Assembly (NCBI GenBank): GCA_022979955.1
Contig: GCA_022979955.1_3642.1
Length of the DNA stretch: 64,000 bases
From: a phage
Direction: 5' to 3' (one strand)
Part shown: in pieces, positions 37,731 through 45,970 of the stretch
Position numbering within the stretch: position 1 is the stretch's first letter
Layout of the letters: each line of letters starts with the position of its first letter
Program-made: the position numbers and the translations under genes
The notes under the pieces: generated by a model
The model's input: the letters and a program-made list of their open reading frames with translations, nothing else
Database searches by the model: none
Told to the model about the DNA's origin: nothing

Positions 37731-37851
37731 CTATCATACGAATAGCGCCCCTGGTTGGCCCTGTAAGCGCCAAAAAGGCCCCCACCTATGCAATCGCCCC
37801 CTTTAACCTGAAAACATCGCCCAGGGCCGTTTTATGGCGTTAAAAATATCA

Positions 37852-37879
37852 TTGACATCGTCAACAGGTTAGCTATACT
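37852..37879 (+). promoter_or_regulatory. sigma70-like promoter
   Basis: TTGACA-16-TATACT. Confidence 0.55.
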
Positions 37880-37911
37880 AACCACATCAAAGAGAGGAAG
37901 GAGTAAACGCC

Positions 37912-38172
37912 ATGCGTAAATTAAAAAATTTTGATAAAGTTGATGTTATCCTGAATAATTTTTACTACTGCAACAACAAGGCTATTTGGTGGCGTGATAG
38001 TTCCACCGATAAAGTCAAGGCGCGCTTTCTCCAAGGGCACTGGCAAGGCCGCCCAGTGATTAAAATCATGGGGCAATTGGTAGCGTTTAAAAATTGCCGC
38101 CGTGTTGATGACGTTGAGGAGATTTTAAACATTTTGCGCCACAATAATTTAAAAAATAGTGTTGACAAGTAA
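37912..38172 (+). CDS. hypothetical protein
   Basis: 86-aa ORF with GGAAGGAG SD. Confidence 0.45.
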   Translation: MRKLKNFDKVDVILNNFYYCNNKAIWWRDSSTDKVKARFLQGHWQGRPVIKIMGQLVAFKNCRRVDDVEEILNILRHNNLKNSVDK

Positions 38173-38189
38173 ATCTCAATAAGTATACT
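38162..38189 (+). promoter_or_regulatory. sigma70-like promoter
   Basis: TTGACA-16-TATACT followed by leader hairpin GGCGGGAA-AACT-TCCCGCC. Confidence 0.55.
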
Positions 38190-38246
38190 TAAACACACAG
38201 GCGGGAAAACTTCCCGCCACTAACAAAGAAAATAGGAGAAAATATC

Positions 38247-38870
38247 ATGACCACCGTTAACATTACCGCAGGTTACAATTTATCTTTCGACGTGCTGACC
38301 GACGAACAAAAAGAAAAAGCTATTGAAATGGTCCGCGAAAGAGAAGAACACAGTGGGGATAACTTTTTTGCAGAAAGTGTAATTGAATACTATAAAGAAT
38401 ATGTTTTTCCAGAGTACGGGCTTGAAGATACAAAAGTACATTGGTCAGGCTTTTGGTGCCAGGGTGACGGCGCGTCAATCAGTGCGGAAAACGTGGATTT
38501 AGAAAAATTCTTGCGTAAAGTCAAGTCTCTGACTAAATTCCGCTCAATTCGTCGCTTGTTCGGCACAATGCACGATGGCGAACTATCCGCAAGTGTTGAG
38601 CGTGATCCATATAGCCGCTATAGTCACGAAAACACTGTAAGCGGGTACATCGATACTACATGGCTAGACCTGACCGCCAAACAAGAAAATAAAGTGGAAG
38701 ATCTGGAAGAGCTGATCACCGAGACGGTACGGGAGCTATCCCGCAAGGTTTACGTAGACCTGGAGGAGGCCTATCTAGAACAGTTCACTACCGAAAACCT
38801 GATCGGCCTTATTGAGGCCAATGATTGGCGGTTTGATGTAGATGAATATGGAGAGATGAGTTTTTCATAA
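38247..38870 (+). CDS. hypothetical protein
   Basis: 207-aa acidic ORF with TAGGAGA SD. Confidence 0.5.
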   Translation: MTTVNITAGYNLSFDVLTDEQKEKAIEMVREREEHSGDNFFAESVIEYYKEYVFPEYGLEDTKVHWSGFWCQGDGASISAENVDLEKFLRKVKSLTKFRSIRRLFGTMHDGELSASVERDPYSRYSHENTVSGYIDTTWLDLTAKQENKVEDLEELITETVRELSRKVYVDLEEAYLEQFTTENLIGLIEANDWRFDVDEYGEMSFS

Positions 38871-38959
38871 ATAAAGTGTTGCAATAATCTAAAAACCTGC
38901 TATATTAAAACTCAAGGGGCAAGACGTTTGCCCCCACACAAAACAAAGAGGAAAACATC

Positions 38960-39340
38960 ATGAAAAACACTACTAAAGCTATTGACACCGTCATGTTTAA
39001 CCTAGTTACCTTTCGCGAGGATATGAAAGATCTTCCACGTGAAACAGTGTGCGATCACATTGAAAACTATCGCAAACTAATCAAAGAGTTGCCTTTAAAA
39101 CGTGATCAGTATGCGGCTAACGCCATGCTTAATGCCATGATCAAAAAGATGATCCAGTGTGATTTAACTCTGGCCTATGACTATGCGGGTGGTCGTTTTG
39201 CAGTATACAATCAGCCCGTGCCCGGTATGGGCACCACCGAAGAATTGCACGCGTTAAATCTGAAGCAAGATGTATGGGATAACATGCCCCGCGTGGTGGT
39301 GTGGGCAGAAAGCGGAAAGATTTACGGCGATAATTTTTAA
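38960..39340 (+). CDS. hypothetical protein
   Basis: 126-aa ORF with AAGAGGA SD; leader hairpin GGGGCAA-GACG-TTTGCCCC upstream. Confidence 0.45.
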   Translation: MKNTTKAIDTVMFNLVTFREDMKDLPRETVCDHIENYRKLIKELPLKRDQYAANAMLNAMIKKMIQCDLTLAYDYAGGRFAVYNQPVPGMGTTEELHALNLKQDVWDNMPRVVVWAESGKIYGDNF

Positions 39341-39350
39341 TCAGGTAACA

Positions 39351-39376
39351 GGCGGCATATTTGCCGCCTTATTGTT
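39351..39376 (+). terminator. rho-independent terminator
   Basis: GGCGGCA-TATT-TGCCGCC hairpin followed by TTATTGTT. Confidence 0.55.
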
Positions 39377-39404
39377 AAACAGAACTGCAAAAGAGGTACA
39401 TAGA

Positions 39405-39776
39405 ATGGAATTTATTATTTTGGCTGTAGTAGTTGCCTTGTTCAACGCCTGGATCGCTGGCAAGATAGGTAGATCCGCTTTTCTATGGTTTGTTATATCT
39501 ATTTTCCTGGGAGTGGTTGCAACTATTGTATTGGTTATCCTTGCAATTGTTGACAAGGGCGATAATAGAAAGGGTAAAGTGTTTTCCGACCTGTATGACG
39601 CACAAACGTTTGTCAACGCCTATTATAGTGATCTTCCAGTCTCCCTACGCTGCAGCCTGGCACAACAGGTTTTTGATGAGGCTAAAACCAGAGACCAAGC
39701 CCATGAGATATGTTTAACTGAGGCGGATCGCCTATTTGAGAGGAATAGAAAATATGTGGACCAGCCGTTTAAATAA
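39405..39776 (+). CDS. membrane protein (two predicted TM helices)
   Basis: ATG after AAAGAGG; longer ORF start at 39270 would overlap upstream gene and terminator. Confidence 0.45.
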   Translation: MEFIILAVVVALFNAWIAGKIGRSAFLWFVISIFLGVVATIVLVILAIVDKGDNRKGKVFSDLYDAQTFVNAYYSDLPVSLRCSLAQQVFDEAKTRDQAHEICLTEADRLFERNRKYVDQPFK

Positions 39777-39999
39777 CGCCACGTTAATTAATCCCTTTAG
39801 TGAAGATTTGAAGCCAGCCGCCTGGCGTGACGGATTCAATAACGAACGCTTTATTTTCAGGCCTGATCTTGAGGAATTTTATAACAATGGATCGAACAAC
39901 AGCGGAGATAATTTTTCTTGTGATGTGCGTGGTGATGGTACTCCTGGGGGCCATTGTAAACCACGTCACTACTACCAGGAGGAAAGGGGGAGACGATGA
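39754..39999 (+). CDS. hypothetical protein (uncertain frame choice)
   Basis: ATG after GAGAGGAA; an alternative overlapping frame encodes a 41-aa TM peptide. Confidence 0.3.
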   Translation: MWTSRLNNATLINPFSEDLKPAAWRDGFNNERFIFRPDLEEFYNNGSNNSGDNFSCDVRGDGTPGGHCKPRHYYQEERGRR

Positions 40000-40040
40000 C
40001 AACCAAGGATAAGCCCCGCACCGATAAGGTGCGCCAGGTT

Positions 40041-40115
40041 ATGGTATGGCTTGAGATCATCGCCCTTGAAATATTGTTAGGGGTAGGAATGTACTTTATT
40101 GCTATAAGTAACTGA
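40041..40115 (+). CDS. small hydrophobic peptide (24 aa)
   Basis: ATG 9 nt after AAGGTG; followed by terminator. Confidence 0.3.
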   Translation: MVWLEIIALEILLGVGMYFIAISN

Positions 40116-40120
40116 TAACG

Positions 40121-40148
40121 CCCCCGATCATGGGGGCTTAACTTTTTC
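40121..40148 (+). terminator. rho-independent terminator
   Basis: CCCCC-GATCAT-GGGGG hairpin followed by CTTAACTTTTTC. Confidence 0.55.
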
Positions 40149-40254
40149 AAAAAATTTTTCTTCCAGGGTGTTGCAATCTGGTCCGCAATATGGATAATAA
40201 CAATCAACGGGGAAACATCCCCACCAACACAAAAACCAGAAAGGAGAAACAAAA

Positions 40255-40455
40255 ATGAGCAACAATATCCGCGTTATTAACTTCAAAAAAGAAGAAAAAA
40301 TTGCCGTGCTGATTGACGGTCAAGAAATATTCAAGGGGTATTATGAAGATCATCAAACGGCGATTAGTATCACTCGCGTGATTGGTTACCATAATTTTTA
40401 CCCTCAAGGCGCTGAGGCAGCAGTAAAACGAATTAAAGAGATTGTAGGCCTGTAA
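40255..40455 (+). CDS. hypothetical protein
   Basis: 66-aa ORF with AAAGGAGA SD; leader hairpin GGGGAAACATCCCC; promoter-like TTGCAA-17-ATAATA upstream. Confidence 0.45.
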   Translation: MSNNIRVINFKKEEKIAVLIDGQEIFKGYYEDHQTAISITRVIGYHNFYPQGAEAAVKRIKEIVGL

Positions 40456-40474
40456 AATTTATTTTTAGATGGCC

Positions 40475-40504
40475 TTGACTCCAGGGCCATCAATAAAGTA
40501 AATT
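40475..40504 (+). promoter_or_regulatory. promoter within repeated 50-nt cassette (copy C)
   Basis: TTGACT-18-TAAATT; identical GATGGCC-TTGACT-CCAGGGCCATC core to copy B. Confidence 0.5.
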
Positions 40505-40546
40505 TAAACCCTGTTAAAATAATCAGTGCAAAAAGGAGTAATGATC

Positions 40547-40846
40547 ATGTTTATCCAGGCTAATAATCTTTATTTCTTTGATGGTCAGATCGTAGACGGC
40601 GTGGAGGTGGAAATCACCGGGTGCCCTGGCGGTCAGGTTATGACTTTTCGGAATAATGCCTTTGATGATTCTCATATCGTTATGAGAATGGAAGTTAGTA
40701 AGCTGGATGACAAGAAAACACTTATCGACTATTCCGTCAAAGATCATCCAGACTACCACATGATCTATGGTGATTTGTGCATTGTTGACCGTGACAAGGT
40801 GAACGGCATTGTTATAGCCATTGTGAACGATGTTTTCTCTGAATAA
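40547..40846 (+). CDS. hypothetical protein
   Basis: ATG 8 nt after AAGGAG. Confidence 0.45.
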   Translation: MFIQANNLYFFDGQIVDGVEVEITGCPGGQVMTFRNNAFDDSHIVMRMEVSKLDDKKTLIDYSVKDHPDYHMIYGDLCIVDRDKVNGIVIAIVNDVFSE

Positions 40847-41069
40847 TTCCGGCAAATGATGCAAAATAAGGCCCCTAGCAGGGCCTGCAGCGATATAATC
40901 ACATAAAGGCTATGCGGTTGCATGTCCTTTATTATTTTAGCGTTACAGCGGCCCCAAGGCGCTTAAAAAAATTTTTAAAGAAGTACTTGCATCAAGCCCT
41001 ACAATATGGATAATAGGACGTGTCAGGGGGAGGCCCCAATCATTAACCGGATAGATAGGAGTTAAAACC

Positions 41070-41354
41070 ATGGCTATTGTTACCGCTGGCGATGTAGTAG
41101 AAATGGAAGCAAAATACTTAAAAGCGGGTATGCATATCCTACGCAACGATCTTGAACTGGTCCTGACAATGGTTGACTATAACCCAGGGCAAGATTATCC
41201 AAGTGTTGACTACTTTTTTGAGTATGTTGATGAAGAGTTGAAAGAGGATGAGGCCTATTGCGGTGAGTTCTGCAACTTCTTTTGTCCTGATGAGGTTGTA
41301 AAGGTTATCTATCAACCTGGCGTAGCTTTCCCGCTGCACGCTATCAATAAATAA
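41070..41354 (+). CDS. hypothetical acidic protein
   Basis: 94-aa ORF with TAGGAG SD. Confidence 0.45.
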   Translation: MAIVTAGDVVEMEAKYLKAGMHILRNDLELVLTMVDYNPGQDYPSVDYFFEYVDEELKEDEAYCGEFCNFFCPDEVVKVIYQPGVAFPLHAINK

Positions 41355-41416
41355 ACCTGGCGGGGCCGAAAAGGCCCCCGCCTGAAATTATGAAAAATAA
41401 AAAGAGGCAAACTATC

Positions 41417-41650
41417 ATGATGGAACAAATTAAACGCGCTGAGGCTATTAATGGCAATGTGATCTATTTTGTCAGCAAAAACGAAAAAGGCGTACCCTAT
41501 GCGGCGGTAATAGTACAGCCTGACGGCGATTATTGGTGCACTGTGTACGGCGCTTATTCTTTTGGGCGTCCAGTGCATGATAAAATTTTGAAAGTAGCGA
41601 ACCCTACCGGGAAAAATATTACAGCAGAAAAATTTTTTGAAAATAGTTGA
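41417..41650 (+). CDS. hypothetical protein
   Basis: ATG after AAAGAGG; longer ORF start lacks SD. Confidence 0.4.
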   Translation: MMEQIKRAEAINGNVIYFVSKNEKGVPYAAVIVQPDGDYWCTVYGAYSFGRPVHDKILKVANPTGKNITAEKFFENS

Positions 41651-41674
41651 CATGACCATATAAAACTGTAGTAT
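41647..41674 (+). promoter_or_regulatory. sigma70-like promoter
   Basis: TTGACA-16-TAGTAT with TG upstream of -10; leader hairpin GGGGGC-AACAA-GCCCC follows. Confidence 0.5.
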
Positions 41675-41725
41675 ATAAATCAAAGGGGGCAACAAGCCCC
41701 ACCAACCACAAAGAGGATAAAAATC

Positions 41726-41905
41726 ATGGCTATTATTGCAAAGACTGAGATCGTAGGCTTAGATTCTATTCTCCTCGCATATGAGGAAGCTATAGAAATG
41801 TATGTAGTTTCCTATGGTGAGTATATCCGTGAATATAAATCTATTGATCTGGCTTTTGAATGTTATATTCGCCAGGTAAATAAAGCATATGATGATTATC
41901 GTTAA
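41726..41905 (+). CDS. small hypothetical protein (59 aa)
   Basis: ATG after AAGAGGA; below ORF-track cut-off. Confidence 0.4.
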   Translation: MAIIAKTEIVGLDSILLAYEEAIEMYVVSYGEYIREYKSIDLAFECYIRQVNKAYDDYR

Positions 41906-41911
41906 AATAGT

Positions 41912-41939
41912 TTGACAACAATTACAAATCGGGTAGAAT
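41912..41939 (+). promoter_or_regulatory. sigma70-like promoter
   Basis: TTGACA-16-TAGAAT. Confidence 0.5.
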
Positions 41940-41996
41940 GTATTTCGTAGGGGAGACAAGCGCCCCATTAAACGCAACAGGAAGAGGATAAACACC

Positions 41997-42242
41997 ATGA
42001 AAAGCAATAAAGGTTATAACGGTTACAAAAACAAAACTCATTGGAATGTAAGCCTTTGGATTAATAACGATGAGTCATTGTACCGGTTGGCCCAAGGCTT
42101 TATTAACGCTAATGCTAATCGTAATGATGCGGCGCGGGATATGATGCTTTTTCTGGAGCTAACCGGACAAGATAAGACCCCGGACGGCTTCAAGTACAGC
42201 ACTACGGCGATCCGTTCCGCGATGGTTGGAATGAAACACTAA
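41997..42242 (+). CDS. hypothetical protein
   Basis: 81-aa ORF with AAGAGGA SD. Confidence 0.45.
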   Translation: MKSNKGYNGYKNKTHWNVSLWINNDESLYRLAQGFINANANRNDAARDMMLFLELTGQDKTPDGFKYSTTAIRSAMVGMKH

Positions 42243-42319
42243 AAGCACATAGCCGCCTTACCCTGGGGCTGTAGTAGCGGCCCCATGAATAAGGTTACTA
42301 ACAGAAGAGAATAAACACC

Positions 42320-42424
42320 ATGAAACAGAAATTAATCGATGCAGTGATCTTGGTTATTGCCCTTGGTATTGGCCTGATTGCAACCATGTCTAATATGATC
42401 TTGTCTTCCAACGGTATCGGGTGA
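42320..42424 (+). CDS. small hydrophobic peptide (34 aa)
   Basis: ATG after AGAAGAGA; single predicted TM helix. Confidence 0.35.
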   Translation: MKQKLIDAVILVIALGIGLIATMSNMILSSNGIG

Positions 42425-42433
42425 GGTTGGCAA

Positions 42434-42649
42434 ATGATCACTAACAAAACAGGCAAAACAGAATTTTTACGCGGCTTGCAAATAGGTAAGCCTGAGATCT
42501 GGCATTGCACTAAAACACCACGCGACGAAATGAAAGACTTTACCGCCACGCTGAAGCGGGTAAAGATATCCATTACGCAGAAAAAAGCCTTGATAGTGGT
42601 GGAAGGTGAGATCCCTCAAGCCGTTGTTATAGTTGAGCGTACAGCATAG
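42434..42649 (+). CDS. hypothetical protein
   Basis: 71-aa ORF with GGTGAGG SD. Confidence 0.4.
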   Translation: MITNKTGKTEFLRGLQIGKPEIWHCTKTPRDEMKDFTATLKRVKISITQKKALIVVEGEIPQAVVIVERTA

Positions 42650-42740
42650 TTTAATTTATACCGATACCCGAAAATTAACCAACAAAGCATAAACAGGCGG
42701 TTGCCGCCGCCTTAAACGTAGCAGAAAGAGGATAGATACA

Positions 42741-43025
42741 ATGAAAAAGATGATCGCAGTGGTTGCCCTGGTTGTTGGACTTAATGCGCCTGTAATGGCC
42801 AAAGAGCTGGCAAAAGAGGTAGATCTAACTGATATCCATGCCGTCAATCAAATCGGTGTTACTTATCGCCTATGCCTTGCCGCTAAAACTTTCCAGGATG
42901 GCACGACAGAGTACTACGGATTCGAGGGCGTTCGGTGCGGTGAACTTGCTCACGACCTTAAAGAAGATCCAGACCTGGAGGATCTGCCGATAACCGTAAA
43001 CGGGAAAACTTACGTGAACCGTTAA
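42741..43025 (+). CDS. secreted small protein (signal peptide)
   Basis: N-terminal MKKMIAVVALVVGLNAPVMA signal-peptide-like sequence; AAGAGGA SD. Confidence 0.45.
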   Translation: MKKMIAVVALVVGLNAPVMAKELAKEVDLTDIHAVNQIGVTYRLCLAAKTFQDGTTEYYGFEGVRCGELAHDLKEDPDLEDLPITVNGKTYVNR

Positions 43026-43027
43026 CC

Positions 43028-43162
43028 ATGAGAAAGATAATTATTACCATTGGGATCGTGGCGGCAATGTTGGCGATCTTTCCCTTTATGGTTAGGTATG
43101 TGCTGATTAATGTTGTCCTGGTAGTCAGTGATCTGGTGTTATATATTAACTCATTGTTTTAG
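43028..43162 (+). CDS. small hydrophobic peptide (44 aa)
   Basis: ATG 2 nt after upstream stop; no clear SD; two hydrophobic segments. Confidence 0.3.
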   Translation: MRKIIITIGIVAAMLAIFPFMVRYVLINVVLVVSDLVLYINSLF

Positions 43163-43170
43163 GCGCGATA

Positions 43171-43362
43171 ATGACAGCGGAAGAAGTTAAAAAAGTACTG
43201 GCGGTACTGCGTTATCATAATCATTGCAAGGTGAAGAATGATCCTGATTATCTTGATTCATCCCTTGAAGAGGATACACTACAAGCCATAAGCAACATGC
43301 AAGAATTGCTTAAGCGTATGACAGAGAAAAACCGACCGGACTACATAGGGGGTAAAATATGA
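43171..43362 (+). CDS. hypothetical protein
   Basis: 63-aa ORF. Confidence 0.4.
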   Translation: MTAEEVKKVLAVLRYHNHCKVKNDPDYLDSSLEEDTLQAISNMQELLKRMTEKNRPDYIGGKI

Positions 43363-43670
43363 TCGCTATTACGCCAACCGTTTTAGATTGGTATCGGCAA
43401 CGCATAGCGCCTCCGCTGGCTATCTTCAAAGATGCGGAAGCAAAACAACGCCGGATCTCAATACATGAGATCATCAACCTTAACGCCGGAGGCACACCAT
43501 ACCGCCCAGGACCTGGCCGTGAGATGGACAATACGTTAGCGATCCTGAAGATACGCCGTAAACGGTCCTCCCTTACTCTGGACTCATTACACACAATGCA
43601 GCCTCCGTTCCAGGTGACCGGGAAACGGATCGCCAGGTCCTGGACAAAGGCCAATGATCGGACCGTATAA
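43359..43670 (+). CDS. hypothetical protein
   Basis: 103-aa ORF, ATGA overlap, GGGGG SD. Confidence 0.45.
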   Translation: MIAITPTVLDWYRQRIAPPLAIFKDAEAKQRRISIHEIINLNAGGTPYRPGPGREMDNTLAILKIRRKRSSLTLDSLHTMQPPFQVTGKRIARSWTKANDRTV

Positions 43671-43699
43671 ATAAAAGTGTTTTGGTACTGATTTTGGGG

Positions 43700-43728
43700 T
43701 TGACTTGTTCGGCCCCTTTTGCTATTCT
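43700..43728 (+). promoter_or_regulatory. sigma70-like promoter
   Basis: TTGACT-17-TATTCT, immediately upstream of repeat copy 3. Confidence 0.45.
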
Positions 43729-43756
43729 TATTAAACGGGCGGCACTTGGGAACAGG

Positions 43757-43779
43757 GGGAGACAATCACCGGGCCTGCC
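43757..43779 (-). repeat. 23-nt repeat, copy 3 (inverted)
   Basis: GGGAGACAATCACCGGGCCTGCC is the exact reverse complement of 34332-34354. Confidence 0.6.
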
Positions 43780-43804
43780 TGTCATATAAGAACTATAAAA
43801 ACCG

Positions 43805-43833
43805 TTGACATCTGCCATGGGGTGAGGTAACAT
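43805..43833 (+). promoter_or_regulatory. sigma70-like promoter
   Basis: TTGACA-17-TAACAT followed by leader hairpin GGGCA-AAAG-TGCCC. Confidence 0.5.
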
Positions 43834-43887
43834 TTATCTTGAAGGGGCAAAAGTGCCCACACAACAACCAGGAGAGAGGAAAACACT

Positions 43888-44160
43888 ATGTCAAGCTGGA
43901 TTAATCAAGAAGTCGAATCACGTTTTAATGCTATTTGGGATCTCATCGAAAAAGAGGACGGAACATCAAGCCCCTATCTCAACAATTTGGAATTCCATTT
44001 TGTGGAAGCGATGAACGCAGAACATGATCACGAAGGTGGCGCGGATGAGTTCGCTAAAGGTTATGGCTTTAACAATGCCAACGAAATGATCGAGGCGGTC
44101 GTACTCCAAGCTGAGGAAGATTATCAATTAAAAACGCTTGAATTCTGCCGCCATAAGTAA
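43888..44160 (+). CDS. hypothetical protein
   Basis: 90-aa acidic ORF with GGAGAGAGGA SD. Confidence 0.45.
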   Translation: MSSWINQEVESRFNAIWDLIEKEDGTSSPYLNNLEFHFVEAMNAEHDHEGGADEFAKGYGFNNANEMIEAVVLQAEEDYQLKTLEFCRHK

Positions 44161-44220
44161 TAAGATAATGACACGGGCCAAAAGGCCCACTAATCAGAAC
44201 CGCACAAAGAGGTAAACATC

Positions 44221-44484
44221 ATGAAACGTCTTGATCAGCTCAAATTAGTTCAATATATGGCTTATCGTGTTCTTGAAGTCCAGAAAGGTAGCAAAAAAGA
44301 GGTTTGCGAGAAAGCTTATAAGATCTTCACTCGCAAAAAAGATGACTGGATGCTACGCCAGACTAAAAAGGCTGACATCTTGGGGTACCTGGAAGAAGAG
44401 ATCCGCCTTGAAGAGCAAGAAGAGATCCGCCGTAGTGAGGCAGATTATCAGGCAGCTTGGGAAAACTGGATGAGCAACAAATAA
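44221..44484 (+). CDS. hypothetical protein
   Basis: 87-aa charged ORF with AAGAGG SD; leader hairpin GGGCC-AAAA-GGCCC. Confidence 0.45.
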   Translation: MKRLDQLKLVQYMAYRVLEVQKGSKKEVCEKAYKIFTRKKDDWMLRQTKKADILGYLEEEIRLEEQEEIRRSEADYQAAWENWMSNK

Positions 44485-44540
44485 TACAACAAGTTACATG
44501 GTCAGGGGCAATAAAGCCCCTTGATCACATAAAAATTATG

Positions 44541-44569
44541 CTATCCCTGGTTGACAGGGATCGGCAGTT
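44541..44569 (+). promoter_or_regulatory. sigma70-like promoter with palindrome around -35
   Basis: TTGACA-17-TATATT; TCCCTG/CAGGGA inverted repeat flanks the -35. Confidence 0.5.
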
Positions 44570-44627
44570 TTGCTATATTCTTTTTGAAGGGAAGTTGTAA
44601 GAAAATTAACTAAGAGGTAAAAACACC

Positions 44628-45047
44628 ATGAACATTAAATCTAATAATCCGGCATATAGCTTTGATAACGCTTTTTGTCACGGTCCGGCGGCGAAAGGAT
44701 TCGAAATCGATGGTAAACTAATTATTGTCAATGTTGACGGGGAAGAGGTTGCAGTATATCCGGTGGCAGACGTAAAAAGCCGTTTACAATGCCGCATGGA
44801 TGTTACCGCCTATCAGCTTGATCCGGTCCGCATAGTTGCCCTGGTCCTGGAAGAAGAAATTAAAGCCATGCACCATAGCAACAGATTTATTGGTGACGCG
44901 CAGGATAATATGAAAGTATGCCGCCATAAAGTTAATGAAGTGCTTAAAGAGTACGGCTATAGAGATCTTATGATCAAACGTGAGGAAAAATTCCGCTACC
45001 GTAACGACCTGGCAAATCGGATTTTTGAAATATACGAATCATTATAA
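44628..45047 (+). CDS. hypothetical protein
   Basis: 139-aa ORF with AAGAGG SD; last gene of plus-strand array. Confidence 0.45.
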   Translation: MNIKSNNPAYSFDNAFCHGPAAKGFEIDGKLIIVNVDGEEVAVYPVADVKSRLQCRMDVTAYQLDPVRIVALVLEEEIKAMHHSNRFIGDAQDNMKVCRHKVNEVLKEYGYRDLMIKREEKFRYRNDLANRIFEIYESL

Positions 45048-45065
45048 TTTTTTAACTGAATTATC

Positions 45066-45092
45066 AAGGGGCTTAGGCCCCTTTCTTTTTGT
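45066..45092 (+). terminator. rho-independent terminator
   Basis: AAGGGGC-TTAG-GCCCCTT hairpin followed by TCTTTTTGT. Confidence 0.65.
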
Positions 45093-45689
45093 CTGCTCTT
45101 CTCCTACCATAAACGGCCCTACCTGGCAAGTGGAATAATTGACTAGCCATCAATCCCACATACTGTACAAATATACATGGAAAATAACTATTGCATAATT
45201 TTTCATTGTGTGGTAGCAAGTCCATTTTTACCCGTTTTCTCTCCCAAAAGTGCACGTAATGCCGCTATTGCACAAATTTTAACCTGATGCACATCTCTAA
45301 TATCTTGTCAACAACTAAAAATCTTTATAAGTCATACACTTACACAGCATCGAAAGCGTGTTCTACGCGAAAAATCGAGTATAACTATAGCCGCCAGATC
45401 TCAGAATTCACGTACGCACGCCATTCTATAGCCTGCAAAGTATTTATTCCAACCACAGAATAACGGAATAGTCAATACCTGCATAAAATAATTATTCGTG
45501 TAAACTGCATAACATAAATCAGCTCAGGTGTCAACATTTTTCGTAAACAGTTCGAAATTGTCACGGTAAGTTATTATACACAGAGAAATCTTTAGTCGTC
45601 TAATGGTTACTATACATTACTAATCTGACTGGAATCATTAGATGACTAATAGAAAGATAAGAAATAATTAACAGTCTAATTATATTAAC

Positions 45690-45970
45690 GATAACAATAA
45701 CAGCGGTTAAAGTCATGGCGCGACGGAGTCGCGACATAATAACACCGAGTAACCCTCACCCCCGTGAGCGTTGCGAATGTTATTATGCCATGACTAAATC
45801 ATTTCAACACGTAACTATAGGCATAACAACATTCCCTCGGTGTTATTATGTCGCTAGTTATTATATAACTGTTAACAATAACGCCTCGGGAATAGTTCTG
45901 CCTGCACGATGTTTATAACAGCAAGTTATGATCAACATTTCACAGATTATAATAACAGCGGTTAAAGTCA
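45690..45970. repeat. direct-repeat pair flanking a 19-bp inverted repeat
   Basis: AATAACAGCGGTTAAAGTCA exact at 45696-45715 and 45951-45970; inside, GCGACATAATAACACCGAG (45731-45749) and its reverse complement (45836-45854). Confidence 0.6.

Noticed and set aside
41359-41382. GGCGGGGCC-GAAAA-GGCCCCCGCC hairpin as a terminator
   Set aside because: Strong stem but no U-tract follows (TGAAATTATG); more likely a leader or other structural element. Similar CTGGCGGGGCC motifs at 34540 and 34603 are likewise uncertain.
43573-43833. Minus-strand 86-aa ORF spanning repeat copy 3 and two promoters
   Set aside because: Antisense to plus-strand promoters and the end of gene 43359..43670; an artefact of the repeat.
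36402-45047. Assigning anti-CRISPR or anti-restriction identities to individual small array genes
   Set aside because: No diagnostic motifs were recognisable; compositional hints alone are insufficient without homology or structure searches.
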